A program made the position numbers and the translations under genes. A DNA stretch of 64,000 bases. It comes from Cyanophora paradoxa CCMP329 (Eukaryota > Plantae > Glaucophyta). The stretch is from contig QPMI01000445.1 of assembly GCA_004431415.1 (NCBI GenBank), forward strand, positions 124,001-188,000. Reading direction: 5' to 3'. The notes beneath the pieces are model-generated. The model was not told the DNA's origin. It did no database searches and saw only the letters and a list, made by a program, of their open reading frames with translations. Shown piece after piece: positions 51,063 through 61,873 of the stretch. How positions within the stretch are numbered: the first letter of the stretch is position 1; the number at the start of each line of letters is the position of its first letter.

Positions 51063-53749
51063 CTACGCCGCCTTGCAGTACGTGTTCTGCGCGCGGGGCC
51101 GCGGGGCGTCAGCGGGACCCGGGCGGGGCGGGGCGGGCCATGGCCAGCCGGGGCGGATGGCCGCGGGCGGCCGCGGGCGCGCCTCGAGGGTGAAGTCGCC
51201 CTTGCGCTCGGCCATGACCGCCTCCAGCGCCGAGCCGTCCCGGTCCCGCCTCGCCGCCCGCCCCGTCGACATCAGCCCTGCCAGCCGCCGCAGCGCCTGC
51301 AGGTGCTTGTAGCGCCGCCCCGCGAACTCGTCCGCCGAGGCCTGCACGGGCCCCGCCGCCCCCGCCCGCGTGATCCCGAGCGCCTCCGACCACTGCGGGG
51401 GCGCTCAGGGCGAGGGCGGGGGCGGCGGGCGGGCGGGGCGCGCCTCGCGGACGGAGGTGAGGGCGGGCTGGATGCGGCGGATGCGCCCGGCCTCCTCGCC
51501 GGCGCGGAGGCCGAGGTGGAAGAGGTAGTGGCGCAGCGCGTGGTGCATCTGCAGCTTGTAGCGGCACGCCCGCGCCGCCTCGTACGCCTTCGCCTCCGGC
51601 TCCGCGCCCCGCGGGCCCCCGCCGCCTCCGCCGAGGCCCACGCCACGGCGCCGGCCGCCCACGCGTCGCGCGCGCCCGTGCGGACGAGCGGCTCGGCGGC
51701 CGCCTCGTGGCGGCTCTGCCGCAGCGTGATCGACGCTCTGCGGGGCGCGGCGGAGTCGGCCGGGGCCGGCCGCCGTACCGCCGGGCGGGGAAGGGGGAGA
51801 AGGGGTTCGGCGCACGTGCAGGGGTGCAGGCACATGCAGCCGTGGCAGACGTCGTCGGGCCCCGGCGCGCGGTTCGCCAGGTCCAAGCTGCAGGCGCGCC
51901 GCCGCCGCTGAGAGCTGGGCCGGGGGAAAGGGCGGGGCGGGGCGGGGCGGGGCGGGGCGGGGCGGGGCGGGCGCGCCAGGTGAGGCGCTTGATGGAGTCG
52001 CCGATGTCGGTGGAGCCGTGCGTGTGCGTCGCGAACTTCAGCGCCTTGATCTGCAGCGCGCGCCCTCGGCCCCCGAAGAAGGCGGGCGGGCGGGCGGGCG
52101 GGCGGGCGGACCTCGAGCTGGCGCTGGGGCCCCTCGTTCTGCCGCTCCACGCGCTCCGCCGCCCGCCGCCACCCGCGCACTGCCGCCCCGCCTCGCCGGC
52201 CCGGCCAAGGCGGGGGGCGCGGGGCGGGGCGCACGGTGGAGGTCGAGGGCGGGGTCGGCGAGGGCGGCGCCGCCGGTGAGGGCGACCAGCACGAGGCCGC
52301 GCACCAGCCGCCGCACCACCCCCTCCTCCCCCTCGTTCGGGTCGTCCCCGCCTGCGGCCCCACCGGCCAGCGGCCAAGCACGGGTGAGCGAGCGCGGCGA
52401 TCAGCGGCGGCAGAGACGGGCGGGGCGGGACCGATGCCGGCGACGTAGTTGCCGGTGCGGGCGGCGCGGCGGGCGGCGCGGTCCTCCTCCGCCACCCGGT
52501 CAAGGTCCTCCAGCTGCCGGGCGAGGCCCCGCGGTCAGGGCGGCTGGCCGCGGCGCCCGGAGCTTCGGGGCGCACAGGCATGAACATGGGCCCGCCGTCC
52601 TCCTCCTCGTCGCTGCCGCTGCCGCTGCCGCTCCCGCCGGCGCTGCCCTCCTCCTCCTCCTCGCCGCCCCCGCCCTCCTCGGAGCCGCTGCCCTCCCACT
52701 CCGGCTCCTCCTCCGGCAGCTCGTCCACCCGCAGCTTGGCCCCCGCCGCGCCCTTGCCGCGGCCCTGGCCCCGGCCCCGCCGCTCCTTCGTCTCCTCCTC
52801 GCTGCTGCCGCCGCTCGCCGCCTCCTCCTCGCTGGACGCTGAGTCTTCTCGCTCCTTCTCCTCCTCCTCGTCCTCCTCGTCCTCCTCCTCGGCGTGCCTC
52901 CGCAGCCGCTTGGCCGGCGGGGCGGCCCGGCGGCCCTCCGCGCGCGCCTGGCTGCGGGTCTTGGGCCCCCTCCGCGCCGCCGCCGCCGCCGGCTTGCGGG
53001 GCGACTCCTCCGCCCCCTCGGACCGGCTCCGCGCGGCCTTCCCCTGCAGCGCCTTCGCCGTGGACGGCGGCGTCTCGGCGCTGCGGGCGGAGGTGAGGCC
53101 CGGGACCTGGCGCAGGCGGGGCCCGGGGCGCGGCACCTGAAGAGGCTGGCCCCCGCCTGCGTCGCCGCCGGGCTGCTGCTCCCTGCCGCCCCCGCCGCCT
53201 TTCGCCTGCCGGGGCCCGTCAGGCGGCCGCCGCGCGCGCGCGCCCGGCGCCGTGCCGGGAGGCGCACTTGAGGCGGCGCAGCGTGGAAGGCGGCGAACTG
53301 CTGCTGTCCTCCTCCTCGTCCTCCTCCCCGTCGTCGTACGCGCTTCCTTTCGCCGCGCGCAGCGGCGTGCTGCGGGCCGCGCACGTCTCTAGATCTTGAG
53401 CCGTGGGACGGCAGCGCCAGCCGCAAGCGGCCGCGTGCGCAGCGGCGCGTGCGCACCTGGCCGGCTGGGTCAAGGGAAGAGGGGGCAGCGGGGCGCTTTC
53501 TGGCGCCGGCGCCGCTTCCTGTTTGCGCACTGGCTGGGTCGCCAAGCTCGAGTCGGGGGGCGCCGGGTGGCGCTGAGCGCTCGATGCGGCTGCGTCAGGA
53601 CCGCTGTTGCAGCTTCCGCCTCCCTCATCCTCGTCTGACGAATCAACGACGACGTTCCTGCCACGCTTCTTGGTGGCCCGCACCGCGAGCGGAGGCGCGC
53701 TCGCCGATTCGGCGCCTTCGTTCGTCGGTAGATCGCTTGCCTGGCCCAT
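51063..53749 (-). CDS. Acidic low-complexity protein with a C-terminal CCDC82/DUF4211-like domain (tentative)
   Basis: Long E/S-rich N-terminus with basic NLS-like patches, then VVRRLVRGLVLVAL, CHGCMCLH and ACRYKLQMHHALRHYLFHL, resembling the CxxC...CxxRxxxYHxLxH pattern. Family call by eye only. Confidence 0.5.
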
Positions 53750-54078
53750 CGACGAAGTCGTGCGTTGAGCGCCGCGCGCTGGACAACCGCGGCTGACCAA
53801 CTACGCCGCAGCCTACACGGCCGGCCTTCCGCAGTGCAGCTCGCACGCTACCCGCCTATGAAGCACTTATACGTCCCGGCGGCGGCTGCAGCTGCTGAGC
53901 TTTGAAAGTTCGGGGTCCAGCCTTGACACTTCGCGTTCGCCTGGGGTCGCTCGCTGCAGCAACTGTACCAAAAGCATTCAGATCTCTCGGAGCGTCCGGA
54001 TGAGCGACGGAAACGGCTCCCCAACAAGGCCGCAGAAGCAAGCCACTTTCAACTGCGTACCCGGACGATCGAAAGAAA

Positions 54079-56533
54079 ATGGAGGCGCGGCTTCGCCGGC
54101 CATTCCCGACCGCGCATTCGCTCGCTAACGCGAGAGCGCAGAGGATCAAGCCGCTGCTGGTGCGCCAGCGGCCCCTCTTCGCGCTCGTGCAAGAGCATAG
54201 CCGCGCGCGCGCCGCCGCGCCACTTCCTCGCGTACGCGCTCCTTTTCCGCACAGGGAGGCGAGCGGAGTCGAGGTGGGTCAAATGAAAAGGTGAGCCGCG
54301 CTGCGCTCGCCGTCGTTCAGCCGCAGGCGTGTCTGACGTTGCAATTGCTGCGCGCGCGATCCACACTCGGCATCACCCTCAGCCGGAGGTGAGCGAATGC
54401 GGTATCATGCGCCTGTCCTCTCTCGCGCATCCTCTTCTGACCCTCTCCTGGCCGCGGCCGGGCCCAGCTGCAAGACCTGCTCGCGCGGGAGGTGGCGGGC
54501 GAGAAGGGCCGGCTCGCCCCTCCCGCATCCGCCGACCCGTACATCGCCGAGCCGCACCGGCCCCGCCTCGGCCCGCTCGAGGCACGCGCCGCGCATGCGC
54601 AGCACGCCGGGCGCCGCTGCTTGTCTGCGGCGCGCGCGCGCGCCCTGCTGAGTCGCGGCCCGAATCGCAGTGCTTGAGCGAGCGCCCGTACGTCGCCACG
54701 TCCCCTCCCGACCTCCTCGCGAAGGACTTCTTCACACCGACGGTGCGACCCCGGCCCCGCCAGTCGGCCCCGGCCCGCCCGGAGCCGCCGCCCGCCCCCT
54801 TTAGATCTCACTCTAACACGCACTCTCAGGACCACTTCTTCGTCCGGTGCGCCCCGCCCCCCTTGCGGGCCGCCGGGGCCGGAGGCGGCCGGCCCGGCGA
54901 GGGGGGGTGTGGCCGGGGCGCAGGAACCACCACCCGGTGCCGCCCGAGGTGGAGGCGGCGCAGTTCCTCCTCGAGGTGGACGTGTGGCCGCCGCGCCGCT
55001 TCAGCCTAGACGCCCTCCGCTCCCGCTTCCGCACCGTCTGCCTCCCCGCCACCCTGCAGTGCGCGGCCGGGCGGCGGGCCGGCCCGGGCTGCCTCCCCGG
55101 GGCCGTCTCCACGGGCGCCTTCGCCGGCGTCCGCCTCGCCGACCTCCTCGCCCACCTCGGCCCGCCCCGCGCCCCGCGCCCCCGCCCGCGCCGGCGGCTA
55201 CGAGGCTCGGCTGAGTCGGGGCGGGGCAGGGGCCGGCTCGGTGCCGGCGGAGGAGGCGGCGCGGCTGCACGTGCGCCTCGAGGGGCGCGACCGCGACCCC
55301 GCCACCGGCGAGCCCTACGGTCCGCCCGCCCCGAGCGCCCCGCCCCGAGCTGTCGAGCTCGAGTGCCGGCCCCCTGATCCGGCGGGGGCAGCGGCGTCGG
55401 TGCCGCTGGGGCGGGCGATGGACCTCGCGGCGCCCGTCCTCCTCGCCTTCTCCCTAAACGGCGAGGCGCGCCCGGCCCCCGGCCCCGCCCCCTACAGCGC
55501 CCCGCCCCCGGGCTGACCTCGAGGGCCGGGGGCGCAGCCGCTGGGGCGGGAGCACGGGGCGCCGCTGCGCGCCGTCGTGCCGGGCGCCTCCGCCGAGCGC
55601 TCCGTCAAGTGGCTCGCCAGGGTCTGCCTGGGCCTCCCGGCCCCGCGCCAATCTCCGAGTTTCCGCCCCTCGCCGCCGCAGATCGGGCTGGTGAAGGGGC
55701 CGGTGGCGGGCTTCTGGGAGGGGCGGGGGTACCGGGGGGCCCTCCCCCGCGACCTCGACGCCGTCTTCCCGTTCTCCCAGGCCCGCCCAGCCCCGCCCCG
55801 GGCCCCGCCCCGCGCGCTCTCGCCCTCCTCGAGCTGCAGCCGCTGAGCGGAGCCGCAGGCCCCCGCGACGGCGGCCATCTGCGGGGTGGAGGTCGGGCCG
55901 CGCGCGGCCGCCGCCGCCGCCGGCGCGCCGCGCTCGGCCCTCGTCCGCGTGCGCTGCCCCGTCGCCTCGACCTCCTCTGCGGCTTCAATCTGACTTGAAC
56001 GGCCGCGGCCGCCGCCAGGGATTCGCCTTTGCCCTCGAGGGCCGCCGGTGCTCCCGCGCCGCCGCCGCGCCGGCCGCGCCTCCGCCGGCCGCGCCTCCGA
56101 GCGGGGCGGCGGGCAGGGTGGGGCGGGTGGAGGTCTCGGCGGACGAGGGGCGCTCCTGGCGCCCCGCCGAGCTCGAGGGGCCCCCGGCAGCGGTGCGCGG
56201 ACGAAGCGTAAGGGCCCGGGGCCCTCGTGCAAGGGAGGCGGCGCGGCTGACCTGCAGGGGCAGGAGGGCGCGCCGGCGCCGGCGGCCGCGGCCGCCCCGG
56301 CGGCGTACGCGTGGGTCCCCTGGCGGGCCTCCCTCGAGCTGCCGGCCGCCCCGGGCCCGGGCCCGCGCCCCGCCGCCCTCGCCATCGTCTGCCGCCTCCT
56401 GGACGCCGCCGTGCGCCCCGCCCCGCCCCCGGGAAGAGCCCTGCGGCTGACACGGATTCCGCTGCCGGGGCTGCAGGGGGCGGAGCTGAGGCCGCTTGGG
56501 GGCCGGCCCCGCGTTGTGGTGGAGGCACCGTAG
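54079..56533 (+). CDS. Sulfite-oxidase-like molybdopterin oxidoreductase (start uncertain)
   Basis: DPYIAEP, DFFTPT-DHFFVRNHHPVP, TLQCAAGRR (Mo-ligand Cys), GVRLADLL, YAASVP, LAFSLNGE-PLGREHGAPLRAVVPG..RSVKWL, RVEVSADEGRSW, YAWVPW, IVCRLLD. Confidence 0.82.
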
Positions 56534-57494
56534 AGGGAGCCTAGCGATTTGTTGGAGGGATGGGCGCGTGCACAGACAAGAAGCCGAGCCCACACGTCTG
56601 CGCCCTCTAAATCTGCAGCCCGCGCCCTCCCCGCGCTTCCCCTCCCCGCAAATGGGAAGGGAATTAGAGGAATGGCAAGGGAGGATTTTGTAATAACGCA
56701 TAGGGGATGAACCGTTGAACAGCTCACGATTAATATTCCAGTTTTGTATACGTAGAGGGAGGAATTGAAGTTGAACCGGTTATATTATTACGCGGCGTGT
56801 AGCAAATTATAATTAGGCTACACGCCGCGGCCTAGCACCGAAAGACGCTTGTAGGCGGTCCCAATCCTTTTATGCGCTATGTTCAACGGTCAACGTTAAC
56901 GTTCGAGCATATGCGTGACTAAGAGCTCGAGATCTGACGCTGCGAGCTGGTAAAAATAATTGATATATTTCTCTGCTGTAAACGTACATGAGCCACTCAC
57001 TGAGATCACATCAGTCGTATCCTCGTTCCAAAGGATCAAGTTTCGAATTCGAAGTTCATGATCATTTTCTCTTCGAGGCGATTTTTGTCTTCGTTTTCTT
57101 GCGCCCCCCCCCCCCTTTCCCCCCCTTCCCCCCCCCCCCCCCCCCCGCCCCCGCCCCGCCCCCGCCCCCTGGCCCAGAGGCTCAGATCAGATGTCAGATC
57201 AGATGAAGCTTCCAAATTCGAGCCCCTAATTATATATTAATTGGAGCATTCTACCGGAAGTTACAGCGAGTTCGCGACTCAGAAAAAGTGATCTTTCTAA
57301 ACTTGTCTTCACTTTATCATTGAAAATGCAAACTGCAGGACCGGATTGGGTATCGAAATTATATAAGGCTCTGAGCGCGGCTGCAGCCGCTAAGCTGTGC
57401 AGGGATAAAAAGAGTCCCGGTAGTATACGTATGTTACGTATGGATTTTATTTCGGAGCCCGAAAGTCCTAACTCTGCCATTTGCATGTCTACAC

Positions 57495-57625
57495 ACTACT
57501 GAATATGCGAGCGAACGCGTAGCATATGACTTTGTATGCCTGCCACTCCGTAAGCAGCCTTGATTCTATACAATGATTGTTAGGGGTACAACCTTCAGTC
57601 TTCTTTCGCGCGAAGCAGTGAAGAT
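57495..57625 (+). repeat. Split direct repeat A1 (left terminus)
   Basis: actactgaatatgcg...gcagtgaagat, identical to 59585-59715. Confidence 0.95.
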
Positions 57626-58758
57626 GTGTCGCGTGGCTCGTCGTGGGAGGGGCCCTAGCTGGGCCCCTCTGGTGGTCACACTTGTTCTCGTCGTCGTCGT
57701 TTTCAGCCTCTTGGCGGCCTGCGCGGAGGCGGGGTCGAACAAGAAGGGCAAGTCTTCCGCAACGGGCTCCCGCAAGACAGCCCGTCCGCGGCCGACCGCA
57801 TCCACCCAGCCACGAGCTCGCCGTTCCACGCGTGTGACCGAGGCGGCGGACTCCGGCGGCGAGGACAACGGTTCGGCGCCTACTCCAACGCCAAGTGGCC
57901 GTCAGTCAACCAGCAACAAGCGCAAGGCGCCAGCCGCCCCAGCAGTCGAAAACCGCACCAGTGACGGCGTTCCGGATCCAGAGCCATTTTCCGAGGACGA
58001 GGAGGATGTGATTGCCGGCGTGCAGCGTCGTGAGCAGTTCGGCGGTGCAGCCACACGAGAGAAAGCTCTTGCCGCACAGATGTTCCCGAATCTCGAGGTG
58101 CCGGTTCCCGACCAGCCAGGACCCAGCCGGCACACTCGGCACCGCCGCGGCCCGGTTCCCGTCGTCAACGCCACAACAGCCCCTGCCGGTGAGCTTAATG
58201 AGTACATTAAGAAGCAGATTCAGCAAGGCATAGACCGAGGGTAGAGTCCATCCGTGAGCACCAGCATCAAATCGCTCAGGAGCAGCAGCGCGAACAGCAT
58301 GAAGCAATGCAGCTTAAGAATACCTGGCTTCGGGAGTTTGCGTTCCAGCTGATACAGCTGCGTTTCCAGCTCAAGGGGCTCCTCTCGTGTGTCGCCTGTG
58401 CAGCAACCCTCAAAGCGTCTTTGAAGCAGCTCGAGGAGCTTAAGAAGAAGATAGATATCCGCGACAAAGGCGGCGATAAGACAGCCGAGGCGCTCGCAGC
58501 TGTGCCGGAGGAGCACCGCGCGCAGACCGCGTCGATGGCGTACGCGCTTCGTGTGGCTGGCGTCGGCGCCGGTAATTCGTATGCACCAGCTGAGCGCCAG
58601 CCGTCTAGCTATCGGCCCCGCAGCGGCAGCGCGTCGAACGCGAGCAGGCGCCCACCGCCCAGCGGAACGGCGGCGCTTGCTTTAGGTGCAACCAGCACGG
58701 CCACCATGTGAAGGATTGCACCAACCCGCCGCGCCCGGATTGGCGCGAGAAGAAGTAG
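57624..58758 (+). CDS. gag: Gag-like protein with CCHC zinc knuckle (two apparent frameshifts, near 58240 and 58620)
   Basis: Three successive frames join into ...IQQGIDRG/VESIREHQ...SYRP/QRQRVEREQAPTAQRNGGACFRCNQHGHHVKDCTNPPRPDWREKK*; CX2CX4HX4C at 58678-58719. An alternative in-frame ATG lies at 57573. Confidence 0.8.
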
Positions 58759-59525
58759 GCGGCTTCCTGTGCCCAGCCTTTCGGGCGCAGCTGTAGCTAT
58801 AGAGTGCTAGGTTTTTTTCGTTTTCGTGTGGCCCCAGACTTGGCATGTGCATGTGCTCGTAGCTGTGCTGTGCTGTGTGTGTGCCATGAAGGAATAAATC
58901 TGGGCTTTCTTATGTGTGTTTGAGCTTGCATTGCATTTGTGGTAATGGGTCTGTGGTGAACACTAGCTTGGCAATTGCAATGTGCATGACCTTGTGATCG
59001 TTTCAAATTTGCCATAGTCTACAAGGCCTTGTAACTACGAATTTTGCATAAGCTTTGAGCATCACAACTTTGTGGGCCATAAGTGCCACCTGGATGACTC
59101 CAACCTGGTGCGAGCCCCAGCCAATCCCCAACAGCCTGACCTCTTCTCGTCCCAGGTCACATCAGGCTGCGGTCGAGTTGCCGAGTTCCTGGCCAGCAAC
59201 GGCCATCTCGTGTGTCGCTATCGCGCGCTGGGTGCTCAGATCTAATCATTTGGTATCGCAGGTGTGGAGGAAATCATCTCTTGGTATCCAGGTGTGTCTC
59301 CCAATTTTCTATTCTGTTCCGCAGGTTGGCGCATTCATCCAGAGGTGTGCATGCTGGACAAGTTTTGAAGCATTCAAGAGAACAAGTTGTGTACTTGCAT
59401 GAGTCCATATGTGTGTGCTGTGCATGCTGTGATGTGCCTTCATTCAAGAACTTCGCGCATCCACCGTGGAGGTGAACGTCAGGTGTTGTGACAAATTCGT
59501 ACCTGTGACACGCTCACTATTAAAA

Positions 59526-59715
59526 ACTTCATGATCAGACTTGGCTTAGAATTGCTTAGAAGCAAGGCTGCTTGTGGCAGGCATACTACTGAATATGCGA
59601 GCGAACGCGTAGCATATGACTTTGTATGCCTGCCACTCCGTAAGCAGCCTTGATTCTATACAATGATTGTTAGGGGTACAACCTTCAGTCTTCTTTCGCG
59701 CGAAGCAGTGAAGAT
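59526..59715 (+). repeat. Internal B1-A2 junction (copy of the circle junction)
   Basis: B1 (59526-59586) and A2 (59585-59715) overlap by the dinucleotide AC: ggcat-AC-tactgaat. Confidence 0.95.
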
Positions 59716-59907
59716 TCCTCACGTTCGCGTGTCACAGCCGCCCTCCAGCGTACCAGCTCCAGCTCCAACTCAGCTCCAGCTGCAGCTTGAGCCAGACTCA
59801 ACTGCAGCTCAGCCTGTCAGCTCGTGTCGTTGATAAGATGTGGCGACAATTTAAGGCCTCAAGCCCACTTCCCGTGCGCTTGTGACTTTTAGCCACCAGG
59901 TTCTTTT

Positions 59908-61803
59908 GTGGCGTCCTGCATCCGTGAGGCCTGGTCCCAGTGGAAGGAGATTGGTGCCAACTATGTGGTGTTGTCATGGATACGTGACGGTTTCCCGCTG
60001 ACTGGGGCCCGCAATCTGCCACCGGAGCATCGGCGTAATCACAAGTCTGCAGCCGAGGATCACAGGGATTTTGTGCGGACGGAAATTCAGAAACTCTTGC
60101 GCACCGGGGCCATTCGTGAAGTCCAACAGCACGAGGTGAACATTGTGTGCTCCTTGTCCGTGGTCCCGAAGAAGACCGGCTCCAAACTTCGTTTGATCTG
60201 GGACGGTCGACCCACCAATCAAGGTCTACCAGATCGGAAATTTCGATTTGAGACTCTTGAGCATGTGGCAGCAATGCTCCGTCAAGGGTGGTACATGTTC
60301 ACCATTGACCTAGAGTCTGGCTATCACCACGTGCCAGTGGCGGAGCAAGATTGGCGCAACATGGGCTTCTCTTTTGACAGCAAGTACTATGTCTATACGG
60401 TTTTGCCCTTCGGCCTTCGACACTCGCCTTTTGCATTCGTCAAAATTATGCGGCAAGTGGTCAACTATTTCAGGAAACTGGGCATCTTTGTTGTCAACTA
60501 TGTGGACGATTGGTGGTTTGCGGCTCCTACTTTCTTAGAGGCCTGTAAGCTGCGAGACTTTGTGCTGGCTACATTTAAACGGCTTAAGTTGGTGGTCAAC
60601 AGCAAGTCAGCGCTTACCCCATCTCAGTCAGTGGCTTTCCTGGGCTTCATTGTGGACTCGGCTCGCATGTTGTTTGAGGTTCCTGGCGACAAGCTGAGCA
60701 GACTACTTCAGCTGATCCGCAAGCTCCTACGCAAACACTCAGCATCTGCCCGTGATATGGCAAAGGTGGCAGGCACCTTGGTATCCATGGCTCGAGGGCT
60801 TGCTCCAGCTCGCATCCGGACTCGTGCTTTGTTCCGTTACATCAATGTGGCGGCCCGGGAGTGGCACTGGAACCATCCTGTGCAGATTACTGATGAGACT
60901 CGGTCTGAGCTCCAGTGGTGGCTGGCCAACATACACAAGTACAACGGGCGCTGTCCGATTCGTCCTGAGCGGCTACTTGTGCTCACCACTGATGCTAGTC
61001 ATCTTGGTGCTGGAGCTTGGATTACCACGCGGATCGGTGATGTACCTCCTGTGCTCTGTGCTCCTGGCCCGCCTCCATTCCAGTGCCTGTGGAACAGTGA
61101 GGAATCTCAGCGAATCTCTTCTTGGAGGGAGCTGCAAGCTGTGCTACGGGCTATGCAACACTATCAGTCTGTGCTTCAGAATCAGAACATCTTGGTTCGA
61201 TCGGACAACTCTGTGACAGTTGCTTATATCAACAATGGTGGCGGTCGTCATGCTTATTTGACGGAGATCGCTCGTCAGATTTGGGACATTGCCTTGATAG
61301 GTTGTGTTAGCATTGAGGCCGAGCATATTCCAGGCATAGATAACGAGTGGTCAGATGCTCTTAGCAGGTACTTTTTTCCAGCAGACTACTCCCTTAAGCC
61401 GGTATATTTTGCTATGGTCAGCCGCATTTTAGGCCCTTTTGACGTGGACAGGATGGCCACAGCTGCCAATGCCCACCTTTCTCGATATTTCTCTGTAGAT
61501 TTGCGTGATGCCCGTGCCGAAGGGCATGATTGCTTCACTGTGTCATGGCTTGGTGCTCGTAACTACGTGTTTCCGGATCCCAATGTGATCCTGCATGTGG
61601 TCTCTCATGTTAGACAGTGCAGAGCAGCTGCAGTCTTTGTCGTACCTGATTGGCCCTCTGCCCCATGGTGGCCCCAGCTTGAGCAGGCAAGGCAGGATCC
61701 TGTGTTGTACTTGGGGCCTGCTTCAACCGTCTGCTTGCCAGGCCCTCGTTCTCCTGTTCTTCCGTCTTGGTCTCTTGTGGCTATTTCCGCAGCCTGGCAG
61801 TAG
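59908..61803 (+). CDS. pol: DIRS-type Pol: reverse transcriptase, RNase H and Dam-like methyltransferase-like domain
   Basis: Uninterrupted 631-codon frame: KLRLIWD, IDLESGYHH, LPFG, YVDD (RT); TTDAS, ELQA, SDN, DALSR (RNase H); DVDRMAT..N...YFS...DCF..SW...YVFPD...VPDWPSAPWWP (MT-like). Confidence 0.95.
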   Translation: MASCIREAWSQWKEIGANYVVLSWIRDGFPLTGARNLPPEHRRNHKSAAEDHRDFVRTEIQKLLRTGAIREVQQHEVNIVCSLSVVPKKTGSKLRLIWDGRPTNQGLPDRKFRFETLEHVAAMLRQGWYMFTIDLESGYHHVPVAEQDWRNMGFSFDSKYYVYTVLPFGLRHSPFAFVKIMRQVVNYFRKLGIFVVNYVDDWWFAAPTFLEACKLRDFVLATFKRLKLVVNSKSALTPSQSVAFLGFIVDSARMLFEVPGDKLSRLLQLIRKLLRKHSASARDMAKVAGTLVSMARGLAPARIRTRALFRYINVAAREWHWNHPVQITDETRSELQWWLANIHKYNGRCPIRPERLLVLTTDASHLGAGAWITTRIGDVPPVLCAPGPPPFQCLWNSEESQRISSWRELQAVLRAMQHYQSVLQNQNILVRSDNSVTVAYINNGGGRHAYLTEIARQIWDIALIGCVSIEAEHIPGIDNEWSDALSRYFFPADYSLKPVYFAMVSRILGPFDVDRMATAANAHLSRYFSVDLRDARAEGHDCFTVSWLGARNYVFPDPNVILHVVSHVRQCRAAAVFVVPDWPSAPWWPQLEQARQDPVLYLGPASTVCLPGPRSPVLPSWSLVAISAAWQ

Positions 61804-61873
61804 CACACAAATTAGCCATCTGCAAATATAACGATTTCGCATCCGGGGCCCCTTCTTAGTCCTCGTACGCAGC

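Noticed and set aside
22780-56533. Functional gene cluster among the host genes
   Set aside because: Neighbouring genes belong to unrelated pathways, with no evidence of a metabolic cluster.
1-56600. Many long Arg/Pro/Gly/Ala-rich ORFs in the six-frame track (e.g. 15237-17909, 12078-14030, 33856-36177, 51109-53136)
   Set aside because: Stops are rare at this GC content. These are shadow frames or read-throughs of introns that overlap recognisable spliced genes.
58235-58680. Programmed -1 frameshifting within gag
   Set aside because: No slippery heptamer was seen. The breaks fall at short G/C homopolymers, like the one in YR, so sequencing error or mutation is more parsimonious.
59055-59475. 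Short ORFs in the gag-pol spacer
   Set aside because: No recognisable motifs and non-ATG starts; probably untranslated.
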